Part shown: piece by piece, positions 50,783-64,000 of the stretch
How the letters are laid out: the number at the start of each line of letters is the position of its first letter
Numbering within the stretch: the stretch's first letter is position 1
Origin: Octopus vulgaris
Taxonomy: Eukaryota
NCBI GenBank assembly: GCA_951406725.2
Contig: OX597814.1
Location: 25,048,001 to 25,112,000 of the forward strand
Length of the DNA: 64,000 bases
Direction of reading: 5' to 3'
The notes under the pieces: model-generated
What the model was told of the DNA's origin: nothing
The model's input: only the letters and a program-made list of their open reading frames with translations
Databases searched by the model: none
Made by a program: the position numbers and the translations under genes

Positions 50783-53700
50783 TAGTGTAACATAGTTGTG
50801 TAGTATAGTGTATAGTAATGTAGTGTGGAGCTGTATAGTGTTATGTAGCAAGATCTCAAATGCTGCTAGTCAGCCCTCACACCTGCACTGATTGAGCAAA
50901 CCTATAATTAAGAGTAATCAAGCATTGACCATGCCGAATTATTTTCATCTGTGGTATATCTAGGACTGTATTGTCTATTTTTCAAAAGCACATTGCTGAG
51001 TGATTTGCGAGAGATTTAGCTGCTGTTTCAAGCAGATTGAGCAACTTGGTTGAACAGTGAACCCAATGGATATAACTACTTAGATTTAAAGGTAACTGCT
51101 GTCTTAAAGATATAATAATTACAACCTTGAAGATTGAAGGTAAGAGGGACTGCAGATTATATATATTCATTTATTCGTTTCTCTTCTTTTACTTGCTTCA
51201 GTTATTGAGCTATAACCATGCAGGAGCACTGCCTGAAATGGTTTTAGTTGATCATATTGAACTCAGTAATGATTTTAAAGTCATGAACCAATACGTTATG
51301 CAACATATATATATATATGCAAAGGCCATCATTTCCAAACTGGCACAGGAACCAATACATGCAACACACACACACTCACATACACATATGCGCCCGCACA
51401 CACATGCCACTTACTCATTCACAGAGATTACAGATTTTTTGTTTCTTAAGAACTGTTGGAATTGGCAAGTGCAAACATTCTTTGCTAAAGCAATAAAATA
51501 AAAAATATAGCTAACTACTCTTACTGAGTTCTCTTTGGATTTGGGATTTTTTCCTGAGCTTTGATTCAAGAATTTCCTCTTGTGTATGGGGGATGCTCAT
51601 GTATATGACAGGATTCTGTATAGTTTCCCCCCTTCCAGTTTTACTCACTAACCTAAGATGTTGACGTGCTGCAAAAAAGTATCTGCAAAACAAACTTCTT
51701 AACCACACAGCAATGCTTGTACCTTTTCTATCATCATCATCATCATCATCATCACCACCATCACCACCACCGTCGCCGCCGCCGTAACCGCCCCCCCACC
51801 ATCATCACTATCACTACCACTGACTTCACCACTACCATCATCTGTATCAACGTCATTATCAGCAGCAACAGTAAGAACTTTATTATTATTATTATTATTG
51901 TTGTTGTTGTTTTTATTATTATTGATTATTTTGCTAACAACATTTTCAGATAGTCCAGATTAAATCAGAATATTCATCATTGTCATTACAATGGTCATCA
52001 TTACCATCTTATGCCACTTCAGATTAAAACCAGATATTTATCAACATCTTCTCATCTTCAACATCATATCTCTTGTCTTTTTTTAAGACATTATTATCAT
52101 TGTTGCTCTCTCCATCAACATGTTGAATCTCATCTTCATCCATATCATCATATTCCTCATCTCCACCCGCTCTCCACTCTAAATAACATTTTTTGTGTTG
52201 AACAAAATATCAATTTTGAAAAGGCACTCACCTCTTTATTTATTTCAGCGATGAAATGATATTGATTGGCAGAAATGTATAAGTTACTCAAGTATTTTGG
52301 ACTATCAGCTGAATAATTAGCAATTCATACATTGTCACTAGTTCTGTTGTGTCTATGGTCAAGTCTCATAGAAATATAGAACTACTTGAGTTAGTAACAA
52401 AGCATGTAGTAAGTTAAACCAAGACGGTGGTTGCCCCCAACAATTCTTGAGAGAAGACAAATGCAGAAGATGGAAAACTTCAAATCACAACCCTTACTAA
52501 ATTGTGAATATGACTGCAGCTCATGTTTGTTATCGACAGACCTTGAAGTAATGATAAAATAGTCTGACTCTCATTTGAGTGCTAATGATAGCAGAAGGTT
52601 AGGGATAAAAACCATGACTGAAATATCAGAGTGAAACCTCACAGATGGTTTCTTGATAAACCCTGCCAAGTCTCCAGCAACTCTTGAATCTAGTGTCATC
52701 TTCAACTGTCCTGACTATATCTTGGCACTGGATCCAGATGTGTGAAGATGAGAAAGTGTGGATGATGTAGAGCAAGTTCTTCCCACTTGAAGCTAGGTCT
52801 TGTAGAAGTTATGGCTTCAGGTCAAACTAATATTAATGTCTTAGAACTACAAACAGACAATAGACTTCTTTGCTATAGCAGTTAGGGTACTACATACATT
52901 TATGACAATGAAATACTACCACTTCTGGAGAATCTTCACTTGCAAGGTATATGTACAATGTAGTATAGGTGGGAGTAGCAGTGTGTTTCTTTGATTCTCC
53001 CAAATTTGTATTTCCCCTTTTGTTGAAGTAATGTAAAAGACTGTTAGAGTACTGTTGTAGCAAAAGGACTTTTCCCTACAACAACTGGGGTATCACATAT
53101 ACCTGCAACAATGAAACCCCATTGTTTCTATACGTTGTTCCCTCGCTTACAAGAATAATATGGAAGACAAAGTGTAGCTGGAAGCAGATATGATTCTCTG
53201 GACCCCGTGCAGCTACATCTTTTGTTGAATTGCAGTGTAATTAGAGATGTGGTCTTTATTGATTACCAATGGATGGACATTAAATAAATAGCTAAGTGTT
53301 TGAAGAATCCCACTTGTGCTGGCCGCAGCTGTCCTATAAAACTAATAAATGTTTTACTAGTTTGTAGTATTGAGTTAAACATTATTTAAAGAGGTAGGTT
53401 CTCTCACTTCACCATTTTTAGCTTATTGGCTGAGGCTATACTGGAGTATTACAATCATTACTTTCATTATCTCTGCCAAGCTGACTTCCTTAGGTAAAAT
53501 ATATTTGAATGAAGTTTTCATTGATGTTCCTTCAGGCTAAAGAGTCTAGTGCCTGGCCGTTTGAACATGACTGAGAGCTATTTGCAAAATTTTTATGACA
53601 ATCAAGAAAGTAACAGAAGGGATCAAAGCCAGATGACACGTTTCACTATTTTAATTTTTCTTTTACTTTAAAATCTTTAAAATATAAACCCTGTCCAACT

Positions 53701-54413
53701 ATCAATTTAATTCAAGAAGACTCAAATGAACCATACTTCTATCAGTTCTTTAAGGATTTATTTACATATGCTAACATAGCTATCTTAACCAATTATGCTT
53801 TCAAATAGAACTTTACTTGAATATTGAAAGATTTATGAGTGTTTATGAAACACAAATTCTCCCTAATCTAACCTCTTTTAAGCTTGTTATGACAGCAGCT
53901 ATCTCTTTTATTACCTCATATCTCATCAGAACTAGAAAAGTCTGGGCAGTTAAATTCAGTTAACTACATCTAAGATATGGAGTCACTCAATCACCTAAAG
54001 AGTAACACATAAACCTTGAATTGTCTTTTTCACAACTATAACACCAGCACTCACCTCCAAGGAATTACTTTGAGAGTTAATTTTTTTCTGCAAATAATTT
54101 GCCAGCAGCAGCAACATTCCCAACTTCCTACGCAATCGCTGAGCCTGGATGTGCATTCATCCATCTGTTGATGCTCTCGGTGTCAGGGGTTGACCCGGCT
54201 TTCTCTTCTGCAGGTCTTACGAATAGCAAAGGACCACATTTCGGACTTCTCCCACTACAAAGGCACAATCTTGCGAGCTCTGGGACGAAGACCGCTTCGA
54301 TCAACAAACAAACAAACAAACGCTCAACAAGCAGCAACAACAAATTCAAAATTCCACAAAATCTTTTAAAATCCATAGCCTGAACATCTATTCAATAATA
54401 TTTCTCAATAATA

Positions 54414-55665
54414 TTGTGTTGACCAAAAAGTCCATTCAGTTTTTTAAATGATAATAAGATTCTAGTTTTAAGCACAAAGCAATTTATTCAATCAATGATA
54501 TAATTATAATTTTGTTTCAGTATTTTCTGCCACCATGTGAGTAGATCTATCATTTTCTGCTCAAAGAATTTCCTGTCTACTAGTGAAAAACTCTTCCAGG
54601 TCATTTTTTTTACATCCTCTTCTGAGGTGATGTTATGTTCTTCCAATGACTTTTAAAAAGACTAAACCAAGCAGAAATATGAAGGTGCAAAGTTGGATGA
54701 ATTTGGAGGGAGCATCAAAACATCCCAGTCAATCTCTAGTAACTCCTATTGCATCTTTAAGGAAATGTGCAGTCTGGAATTATCATGATGGAATACAATG
54801 CCCTTATGATTAACTGGATGCTTCTAGTGGCTCACTGCATTTAATTTGTCCAGCTGATCTAGTACACATCCAAGTTAATGTTCCAGTCCATGGGAAGAAA
54901 CTTGTAAAAGACAACACACTTCCAATTCCACCAAATCGAAAGCATACCTTTTTTCAAGTGAAGTCCTGCCTTGAAGGTTGTTTGTGGTAGTTCACCACAC
55001 TTCTCTCTGATCGCTTGTGCTTTGCCTTGTTATAGACGACTCACTTTTTATACCCTGTCACCATTCTCTTAAAAAAAGAATGGTTTCTTCCTGTTTCTAC
55101 AAGAAATCTTAGATGGAAATCCAGTGGGTGAAGTTAGCCTCATTCAACTGATGTGGGACCCAAACAGCAAGCCTGCTGATGTAACCAAGTTGATGCAGAT
55201 GATTTTCAACACTCAATTTGAGTATTTGGGGAATATTTAGATCATCCTAGTTGTATAACAAGGCTTGATATTGCTGTTTATCCCAGTCATCCTGAGCACA
55301 GTACATAGTGAATTAAAAAATTTCTGAACTGAAATCTTGAAAACCACTTCTGGTAAATATTTTCCATAACAGCATCGTCTCCATACACAGCACATATCTT
55401 CCTTCAGGTTTCCACTGATTTCTTGCCTTTTCTAAAATAAGAAAATATGAGGTATAAATAATGTTCATTTTGGTTGTCTGTTTTCAGAATTACCTGAAGC
55501 ACACAAAATACAACCTGTCTCATTGTAAGTTTGTGTCAAACTACATTGCAGTGTCAAGCATGTAACGATTGTGCATGTGCAAGGGACAGACTTAAGTTTG
55601 CAACTTATTATAGTGCTTGAAGTTTAGTTTTGGCAGAAACTGAATGGACCTTTCGGCCAACCCAA
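54414..55665 (-). mobile_element. Full-length but decayed mariner transposon (~1.25 kb)
   Basis: TA flanks, TIRs TTGTGTTGACCAAAAAGTCCATTCAGTTT / TTGGGTTGGCCGAAAGGTCCATTCAGTTT. Minus-strand WVPHQL, VTGYKK*V and PPNSSNFAPSYF motifs with stops. Confidence 0.88.
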
Positions 55666-57240
55666 TATTTACTGTTCCTTCTAGAATGCTACTTTTGTAA
55701 ATCTTGTTGCAGAAGACATTATAATAGTGGTTTTTATAAACAGATGTAAATATATGAAATTTACTGGAAATAGAAAGGGTCATTTTTATGATCTTGGAAC
55801 AGATAAATGATAAATAAAGTGAAATGTTTCTGGTTAGAAATTGAAAATGGCTACTTGACTTTTCAACTGAACTGCGATATCCTTCTAAAGGGTTAGAATA
55901 ATGACTTACGATATGGGAACAAGTTTATAGCAAAAGAAAATGATAGCTTTCTTTATGGCATTTCTAATGTAAGTTTACTAAAACGGCTTCAAAATGAAAT
56001 TGCAGCCAGGTTATGAAATCAGTTTGCCAGAACTACTCTCTTTAATAAGAAGAAAGCAACTCCCCGTGGTAAAATTAAAATTAAAGTTTTGTGTTTAACA
56101 GGTGATTTTTCTGAACGTAAATGGAGGGAATGCATTATGCCATCACAGTTGATAGCCATATTTCAGAAATGTTTCCTCATATTAAGTACTAAATTTTTTG
56201 CATAAATGCTCTAAAACCAAAAGTTCAAAACTAGCAACAGGCAATATATTGTGTTCAAAGACAACACATAATTTTCTTCTTTTGCTCATTTCATTACATC
56301 AGTTAACTGAGCTGGAAAATTGGTTCTAGTGCCATTTCACGAATTACTAACTATAACTCTCAGGGAAGGTCTCCAATATTTAAAAGAAGAATATGAGAAT
56401 AAAAATTGTAAATAAATATCCACTCCAAGGATGTAGGAGAATAACTGAATTTTTAGACCTATCTTAATAACTTAGCAGAGAGGAAAATGGATTTTGAAAG
56501 GAAGTCTCTAAATGAACAGTTTACTTGGAAAAGACAGGGACATTTGTGAGCCAATTCCATTGTGAAACTAACTGTGAAAATCAGGAATAAATGGGTAGTA
56601 ATAATTACTTTGAAATGCACAAAGGCCATCATTCCAACAGAAGCCTGTCAAAGAGATGTGCAAGGCATTTGGTAGAGAAAGATTTATTGACTAAATTAGC
56701 TTAACCTCTGATGCTCAACACATTAGCTGTACAGGAACTATTAAAAATTCAGGAGTTATTGTGTTCAAGACAGGAAATCATTGTGAATCAAAACTAATAG
56801 AGATAATTATGAAAGCAACAAGAGCTTCCTTCATGAATGTGTTAGAGTTTGTGGAGACTAAGCAGTCTGGTTTAATGTTTAATGGTAAGATCACCAGTTA
56901 TATTAGAAGTGTATGACTGGGTATACTATGAAACAGCTACTTAAGTTATATACCTTGTGAAATAAATGATAACATCCTACATTCTCCAATTTAGTGAAAA
57001 TATTCAATAAAGCTGCCAGTAATATGTGGTTGACAGCACATAATCTATCTGTAACTGAAAGATACTTACATATTTTGAAATTATAGACATAAAGGAGGTA
57101 CTCCAGCATGGCCGCAGTTAAATGACTAAAACAAGTAAAAGAGTAAAAGGGCTTGAAATAATGTATATACATACATACATATATGTATATGTGTATGTGT
57201 GTAGGTATGTATATATATATATATATATATATTTCATTTT

Positions 57241-57575
57241 TTCTTTTATTTGTTTCAGTCATTTGACTGTGGCCATGCTGGAGCACTGCCTTTAGTCAAG
57301 CAAATCAACCCCAGGACTTATTTTTTGTAAGCCTAGTACTTATTCTATCGGTGTCTTTTGCTGAACCGCTAAGTTACAGGGATGTAAACACACCAGCATC
57401 AGTTGTCAAGCGATGTTGGGGGGACAAACACAGACACACAAACCTACACATACACACACACAAACACAAACACACCATATATATACATGATGGGCTTCTT
57501 TCAGTTTCCATGTACCAAATTCACTTGCAAGGCTTTTGGTCATCCTGAAGCTATAGTAGAAGACACATGCCCAAG
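57241..57575 (-). mobile_element. SINE family A lacking its head (plus an opposite-strand tail at 57096-57149)
   Basis: Family A body, truncated where mariner sequence begins. Confidence 0.85.
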
Positions 57576-57896
57576 TTCCTGTGGTTTTTTTAAATTTTGG
57601 AATTAATTGCGTTTTTAAATTTTGGAATCTATTTTGTTTTTTTCTAGTTAATTTTAGTTTATTTTCAGATCATTAAAATGTAATGTCATGGTAAGAAAAA
57701 TGAGCATTTTTGACACCTCCTTCTTTTTGCTTTTAATCAAGGTTCTAAGGCCACAAAAGCTGCTCGCGACATTTATTCTGTGTATGGAGAGGATGCCATA
57801 GCTGAAAGAACTGCTCATGATCGGTATGCCAAGTTCAAAAATGGAAATTTTGCCCTCAAAGATGCACCCCATTCTAGCCGTCCAGCTGAGTTCGAT
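57576..57896 (+). mobile_element. Mariner 5' fragment (N-terminal HTH)
   Basis: EHF*HLLLFAFNQGSKATKAARDIYSVYGEDAIAERTAHDRYAKFKNGNFALKDAPHSSRPAEFD. Confidence 0.8.
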
Positions 57897-57899
57897 TAA

Positions 57900-58400
57900 T
57901 GGCTTGAATATTGGCAGAAAGGAGTATCTGGACATCCTGAGAAACTCTGTTTCTTGGGATGGAGCAAAAGTTTGGGCTTGACAATGTGGTACTTATCCAG
58001 GTTTCTGCCCATGCCATGGGTCAAAAGCAACACAGGCCTTTCTTGGTGAGAAGGTGCCATTTTTTGTGAGGGCTAGCATCTGGCCCAGTGATGGCCCAGC
58101 TCTCAACTTTCTCAATTACTTTTTATGGGGTGCACTTCAAGCAAGGACCAATGCTTCACCACACTCAAGTGTCAACAGTTTGAAGACTTGCATTGTGCAT
58201 GCGACACACAAAATCAAAAAGGTGGAGGTTGCAGTAGCTGCAAAACAATTTTGTTCTTGTGTGGAGGCAGTAATTGCCCAAAGAGCTGCCACATTGAGTG
58301 ATAAATGTTTTTGTTGCAATAAATGTTACATTAAAATCATATCTGTCTACTACCATTATTTTAGTATTTATAACCAGTTTTATGCATTGTAAAAATTGCC
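57900..58400 (+). mobile_element. Tc1/maT(DD37D)-like transposase 3' fragment
   Basis: IWPSDGPALNFLNYFLWGALQARTNASPHSSVNSLK...FCSCVEAVIA resembles the WPxxSPDLNPLDY.xWG C-terminus. Confidence 0.7.
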
Positions 58401-58845
58401 TCAATTGTATGTATACATGCATGCATGTATGTATGTATGTACATATATGTATATATATATAGATATGTGTGTATATGTATGTATGTATGTATACATGTAT
58501 GCATATAATTTAACAGCCGGTTTACTTCTATTTTACATGATAATACAGATATATAATATGAATATATTACGGCTGAAGAATTCTTGTAGATTAAGAGTGG
58601 AAGGTAAATGCAATAGAAATTTCATCAAAGAATATTTATATAGAGGTTGAAGAGTTAGTTAAATCAATTCCAAATGATGTGGGCTTCACAATTAAGATGA
58701 AACAAGATTGGGACACAAGAAAATATACTATTACTATATATCATCATCATCAATATTATTATTCCTGTCATTGCTGTTGTTGTTGTTGTTGTTGTTGTTG
58801 TTCTTCTTCTTCTTCTTCTTCTTCTTCTTTTTCTTCTTCTTCTTA

Positions 58846-58898
<53 letters not shown>

Positions 58899-59428
58899 GA
58901 TTCTTGTAGTGTGAAGATGTTGTTTATCATCTCTCTGCAAGATACAATTTATTCAAGCATTACCAAATGAAATTTTCTGTGGAGTACTTCTGAAAAAAAA
59001 AAAGAACTATAATTACTTAGGAATGCCTGTTCTTGATACCCTGGGGTAGACAGTAAAGAAATTTGCTTTACAAACTTAGTAAATTTTAATTATATACATT
59101 ACATTTTCACATCCAAAATGAATGACTACAGGGTGGCCATACTTAGAAGGCCATTAGGAGGAGTGTCCTTGAACTGGAGTTACTCTAGTGCTAGTGGGTG
59201 AGTAGAGTTTTTCTGATTGCAAACATTTCTCTTCTAGTCTACTTCTTCACTTAGGATTGCAGTCCTTGTTCACCCATAACATGATCAATGTACTATGATA
59301 ATTCATTTCAGTATACTGATATTGTTATATCTGACTGTCAAAGCTTCTTTTGCCACTTTTGTGAGTAATTTGCCAACTGTGCATTGCTGACTCCACTCCA
59401 TGTGGATGTGGGATCGAACTTTCAAAAA

Positions 59429-59470
<42 letters not shown>

Positions 59471-59514
59471 CATCATTATTATTATTATTATCATTGTTAT
59501 TATTATTGTTATCT

Positions 59515-59656
59515 TTTTTTTTCCTCTTCTTTCAAATTTGCTTCCATTTCTTGCTGAGTGACTTCCCGACTCCTAGGGCAAAGAAACTCATAGTATACAT
59601 TGGTAGGCCATTAAACTAAACTCACTACTTTGTTCATTTTTTTTTAAAGTTAAATT
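59515..59656 (-). mobile_element. 3' UTR of the R4/Dong-like family at 609-1002, within (TTA)n
   Basis: Near-exact reverse complement of ~840-990. Confidence 0.85.
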
Positions 59657-59663
59657 ATCATTG

Positions 59664-59710
<47 letters not shown>

Positions 59711-59713
<3 letters not shown>

Positions 59714-60335
59714 GAGTGAGAGAGCAGTTCATGCCATCAAAGTGACACTGGGGTAAAATATACGAAGCCCAATATACCCATCATGACTACCCGTCTGATA
59801 AGGATACACCAGGCACATGCATCACAACCATATGTGCGCGACATGGTGATCTCATATCAAGATAACCAGTACATGACCTTGCAGGTGGGGCCCAGTTAGA
59901 ATTTTCTTCAGGTTGAGTAGCCCATCCCGCTCAAAAGGTCCCTGAATAAGGGTTGTTTAAGGATGTTGAAAGAACCACCCATGTTTCCAGAGGTGAATTA
60001 TTCTTTAGGTCAAGAAAACCATCCCACTCAGCAGGGATGTTTGAGGTTGATGAACAAAACACCCATGTTTCCAGAGGTGAATTATCCAAACACCAAAGAA
60101 TTCCTCTCAACACATGGCTATGATGCTCCCCAACTACTTCTGCTCATGATCAGAGATGCACATATCTTCAGCCACTAAGGGACATGCTCAACTGATTACG
60201 GTCAAACAACTGACAAGCAAATCTGTGGTATTGAGCAGAATATTTGCTGTAGCCCATCTTTTATACCAAGACAAAACAATGTACATGATAACACTTCCAA
60301 TCAGTTAAGATCAGAAGCCATGAGAGCCACTGCCT

Positions 60336-60390
<55 letters not shown>

Positions 60391-60930
60391 CATTATTATT
60401 ATTATTATTGAGTGAAAAAGTAGCGCATGCCATCAAAGTGACACTGGGGTACAAATATACAAAGCCCAGTATACCCATCATAACTACCTGTCTGATAAGG
60501 GTACACCAGGCAAATGCATAACAACAATATATGCCCGACAGGGTGATCTCATATCAAGATAAATAGGGCATGAGCTTGCAGGTGGGGCTTCGAATTTTCT
60601 TTAGGTCGAGTAAACCATCCCACTCAGCAGGGATGTTTGAGGTTGATGAACAAAACACCCATGTTTCCAAAGGTGAATTATCCAAACCCCAAAGAATTCC
60701 TCTCAACACATGGCTATGGTGCTCCCCAACTACTTCTGCTCATGATCAGAGATGCACATATCGTCAGCCACTAAGGGGCATGCTCAACTGATTACGGTCA
60801 AACAACTTTCAAGCAAATCTGTGGTATTGAGCAGAACATCTTTTATACTAATACAAAACAATGTACATGATAACTCTTCCAATCAGTTACAATCAGAAGC
60901 CATGAGAGTCACTGCCTGGAACTGCATCAG
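59711..60930 (-). repeat. Two tandem copies (59711-60335, 60407-60930) of an unclassified ~550-620 bp element with (TAA)n tail
   Basis: Copies align throughout and both end at an identical point in (TAA)n on the minus strand. No recognisable ORF. Confidence 0.8.
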
Positions 60931-61000
60931 GTCATATAGTAATAATAATTTGTCTTAGTATAAAAGATGGGCCACAGTAAATATTCTGCTCAATACCACA

Positions 61001-61635
61001 GTGACTGGTGACGGGAAATGGGTTCTTTATAAAAATGTCAAGTGCTGAAGACAGTGGGTAGAGAAAGAGAAACACCAGCACTCCAGGCTAAAGAAGGTCT
61101 TCACCCATGTATGGTGTTGTTATCTGTTTGGTGGGATATGAAAGGTTTAGTCCACTTTGAACTTTTAAAGCCAAACCAAACAATAAGAAATAAGATCTAC
61201 TGTGAGCAGCATTAGAAGAAAAATTATTATCTTTGGTTTTAAGATGAAAGCTGTTCTTCCATCAGGATAATGCTTGGCCACATGCATCGAGGATGACATT
61301 CCAAAGGCTGGAGTTGAATTGGAAACGATATCCCACCCACCATATTCGCTGGACATTGCCCCATCTAATTATTATTTATTCCGCAGTCTTCAAAATCATT
61401 TGAACAGAAACAATATAAATTCTGTAGACAAGGTCAGAACAGTACTGGAGGAATATTTTTCATCACAGACAAGTGAATTTTGGAAGAGGGACCTTGCAAG
61501 CCTACCAGATAGATGGAAAGGCATTGTAGAAAATGAAGGGGAGTATATTTTAGATTAAAAAATAACTTTGTTTATCTTAATTTTGAAAAATAAAAGAAGT
61601 ATAAACTATCTGCATTCTTTATGGGATAACCTGAT
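61001..61635 (+). mobile_element. Mariner 3' half (catalytic domain relic and right TIR)
   Basis: VTGDGKWVLYKN, LSVWWD, HQDNA.PH, HPPYSLDIAPSNYYLFRSLQN, LPDRWKGIVENEGEYI, ending TTATGGGATAACCTGA-TA. Confidence 0.88.
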
Positions 61636-64000
61636 ACTAGGAAATGATTTGATAACCTGTAAGACAACTGGAAAATATAAGATTTTGGGATAACAAACCA
61701 AGTGTTCAGTAGCTCGTTTCCTACACTTGGCACTGTTTTGTATATTTAGCCAAGATACTTGATTCATAAATAGTCTCATCCATTTAGTTAAAAGCAATAA
61801 CTGCTGAGTAGCAATAGTTTATTACGTTAAGTAGTAGAAATACTATAAAATTCTCAACAATTTCAATAGTTTGCCATACTGAGTTCAAATTCTTCTGTGA
61901 GAATGGAGAAGCTAAACTAGTTCTTAGCATCTAGTCACAGTCACCACCTCTCACATTCATCTCACTCTACTATGTTATTAAATCTGGAGGTTTGTTCATT
62001 TTGCTTCTAGACTATGTATAATGGGTAGTGTGCAACAGCCCATTTCACATTTAATTCATTGCATCCTTGAACCCACCCATATTCTTGAATCGAGAAGGAA
62101 AGCAATAACTTATCTAAAGTTAAGACAAAGGAAAAGAAAATTGAAAAAAAAGCAGCTAAATAGTAAAAAGATAAATATTTTGAGTTAGATCTGTAATGCA
62201 TTTCTCATGAAATAGATGAGTGATCTATAGTAGTCATGTAATGTAAGATCATTTGGTGAGAGGAAAAAAAGGAAACGCTATAAAAATAACACTGCATTTG
62301 TCAGATAGTGGATTTAGATTACATTGGTGTGGTTGACTGCTATTTAAATTAACATCTCCACTAAAAGAAATTGTCTCATCTTATCTTTTGTTCAATATGA
62401 AGTAGAAAATGAGATGACATGCTTGAATGGTTGAGAATTGAATATATTTGATCTTACAAAAAGTAGCTTCAGTTGTTCAACTATAATCAACAATGAGCAA
62501 AAAATAAAAATATAAAAAAGATAATAATAAAAACAATAATAACAGCAACAATTCTATGAAATTTGGTTATTTGGTTCTAGAACAATTCAGGGCTACAGTA
62601 ACGAAAACTTGTAAATGCTAACTATTAGTAAATATAACAATACATTATATGTATGAGGTTGTTAAGATGATAGAATTGTATGTGGTTAACAAAAGATGGA
62701 AGACAAAAAATAACTAGAAGAAAAATATAATTGAATAAATGCTATATGTGAATCAAATGGAAGAAAATGTGATTTAAAAATTGAGAGAAATTTTCTGAGT
62801 GGTGACCATGAATTTGAAATGAATCTTTAGATATTGTTATATGTTTTAGTTGACCTTCATTGTGATAAGACACAGTGTTGAAGCTAAAACAATTGCGGCA
62901 TCACAAGGTCATAATAATCATTTACAACACATACTATGTACAGTTAGATTGATATCTGTTTTATTATTATGTTATAGTAATAGTATATACATTTAGAAAT
63001 GGAAGTGTATTAGATATCTATGATCTAGTAACCGATATTCTACTTTACGGTGTCTGTTGTATTATAGATATATTGTATGATGAAAAAATATGTTATTATA
63101 AGCAGAAAGATATTCTAAACACAATTTTACAAATAAATAAAAAGAATATCTATATCTTAATTCTAGTATAGCAGAACCAGTAAATATAGTCAAGATTCAG
63201 ACAAGATAATTCACACTATCCAAAGTTTGTTTCCTGACAGACTAGGGTCAACATTTTCCATTAGTGCCCTAAAATCAATAGCAATTAGATTCAGAGCTAT
63301 AGCATATTGAGTATAATCTAGGATTTAGTTCAAGAGGGAGAGCTTTGGCTCAGAATATTTACAATATCCTGTCTCAGTTAATTTTTCTTTTTCTAGACAA
63401 TAATTACTAATAATAAATTTAGGATAATTAATCTGTTTTAAATGTTTCTGAAATTTGGAAATTAGACTTGTCTTGGAAATTAAACTTAGATATTATACGC
63501 ATAACTTTACAATGGGAAGAATATTGCACCGTTAAACAAATAAAACTGTAACATCAAGAAATTTTCTGCAAATGAAAAAGAGTTCACCTCATAAAAGGAA
63601 ACTTCTGCATAGCATATCTAGCATACAAACTTTAAGCTTAAATTCATTGGGGATCTCTTATTGTGTATTAATGCATTTGTATATTTAGGAACTTAATTTC
63701 GTATCTCATAGTTCAGTTAACTATTAAACAATAGTTACTAGATCATGAATAAATATTGCCTAATATGGAGCATTGCATTATACAAAACTATCAGAAAAAT
63801 AGATCTAAAGCAATTAGCTCAGAAACAACTGGAAAAGATTGCATGAATATATGTTCCAAACAGCAAAAACAAAAGATATTTTTTCTCAAGGGTAAGTTTT
63901 GTACTTATTTTCACTTTAAATAAGTACAAACTCTCTTAGATTATAAAAATAAAGACAAAAGGGCAATAAAATCATTTGAGCAAAAATTTGTTTGTGATTA

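Overview
AT-rich, microsatellite- and transposon-saturated animal DNA. The SINE and LINE families look like those of Octopus genomes; this is inferred from recognition, not from a search. There is no intact long gene, and nearly all ORF-track entries are microsatellite or repeat artefacts. Two phase-compatible minus-strand exons (19874-19988, 18810-18909) indicate a spliced protein-coding gene that the ORF track misses, so much of the window may be intron. The standout signal is a ~5.9-copy, near-identical 560-bp tandem array (1856-5158). Every unit carries a minimal type I hammerhead-ribozyme-like motif with a palindromic loop III, and the array ends in an inverted partial copy. It sits in a (TA)n tract inside a SINE, next to a 401-bp fold-back carrying a different, well-formed minimal hammerhead. 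More hammerhead-like motifs of unrelated sequence lie beside other TA microsatellites, and a decayed Penelope-like RT/GIY-YIG element is present. Together these suggest a retrozyme or Penelope-pLTR system of self-cleaving RNAs targeted to (TA)n. Also present: R4/Dong-like RLE retrotransposon relics in (TAA)n and (CATA)n, RTE and CR1-like LINE relics, three tRNA-derived SINE families, mariner and maT relics, and Tc2-like and piggyBac-like MITEs. Coordinates of decayed elements are approximate.
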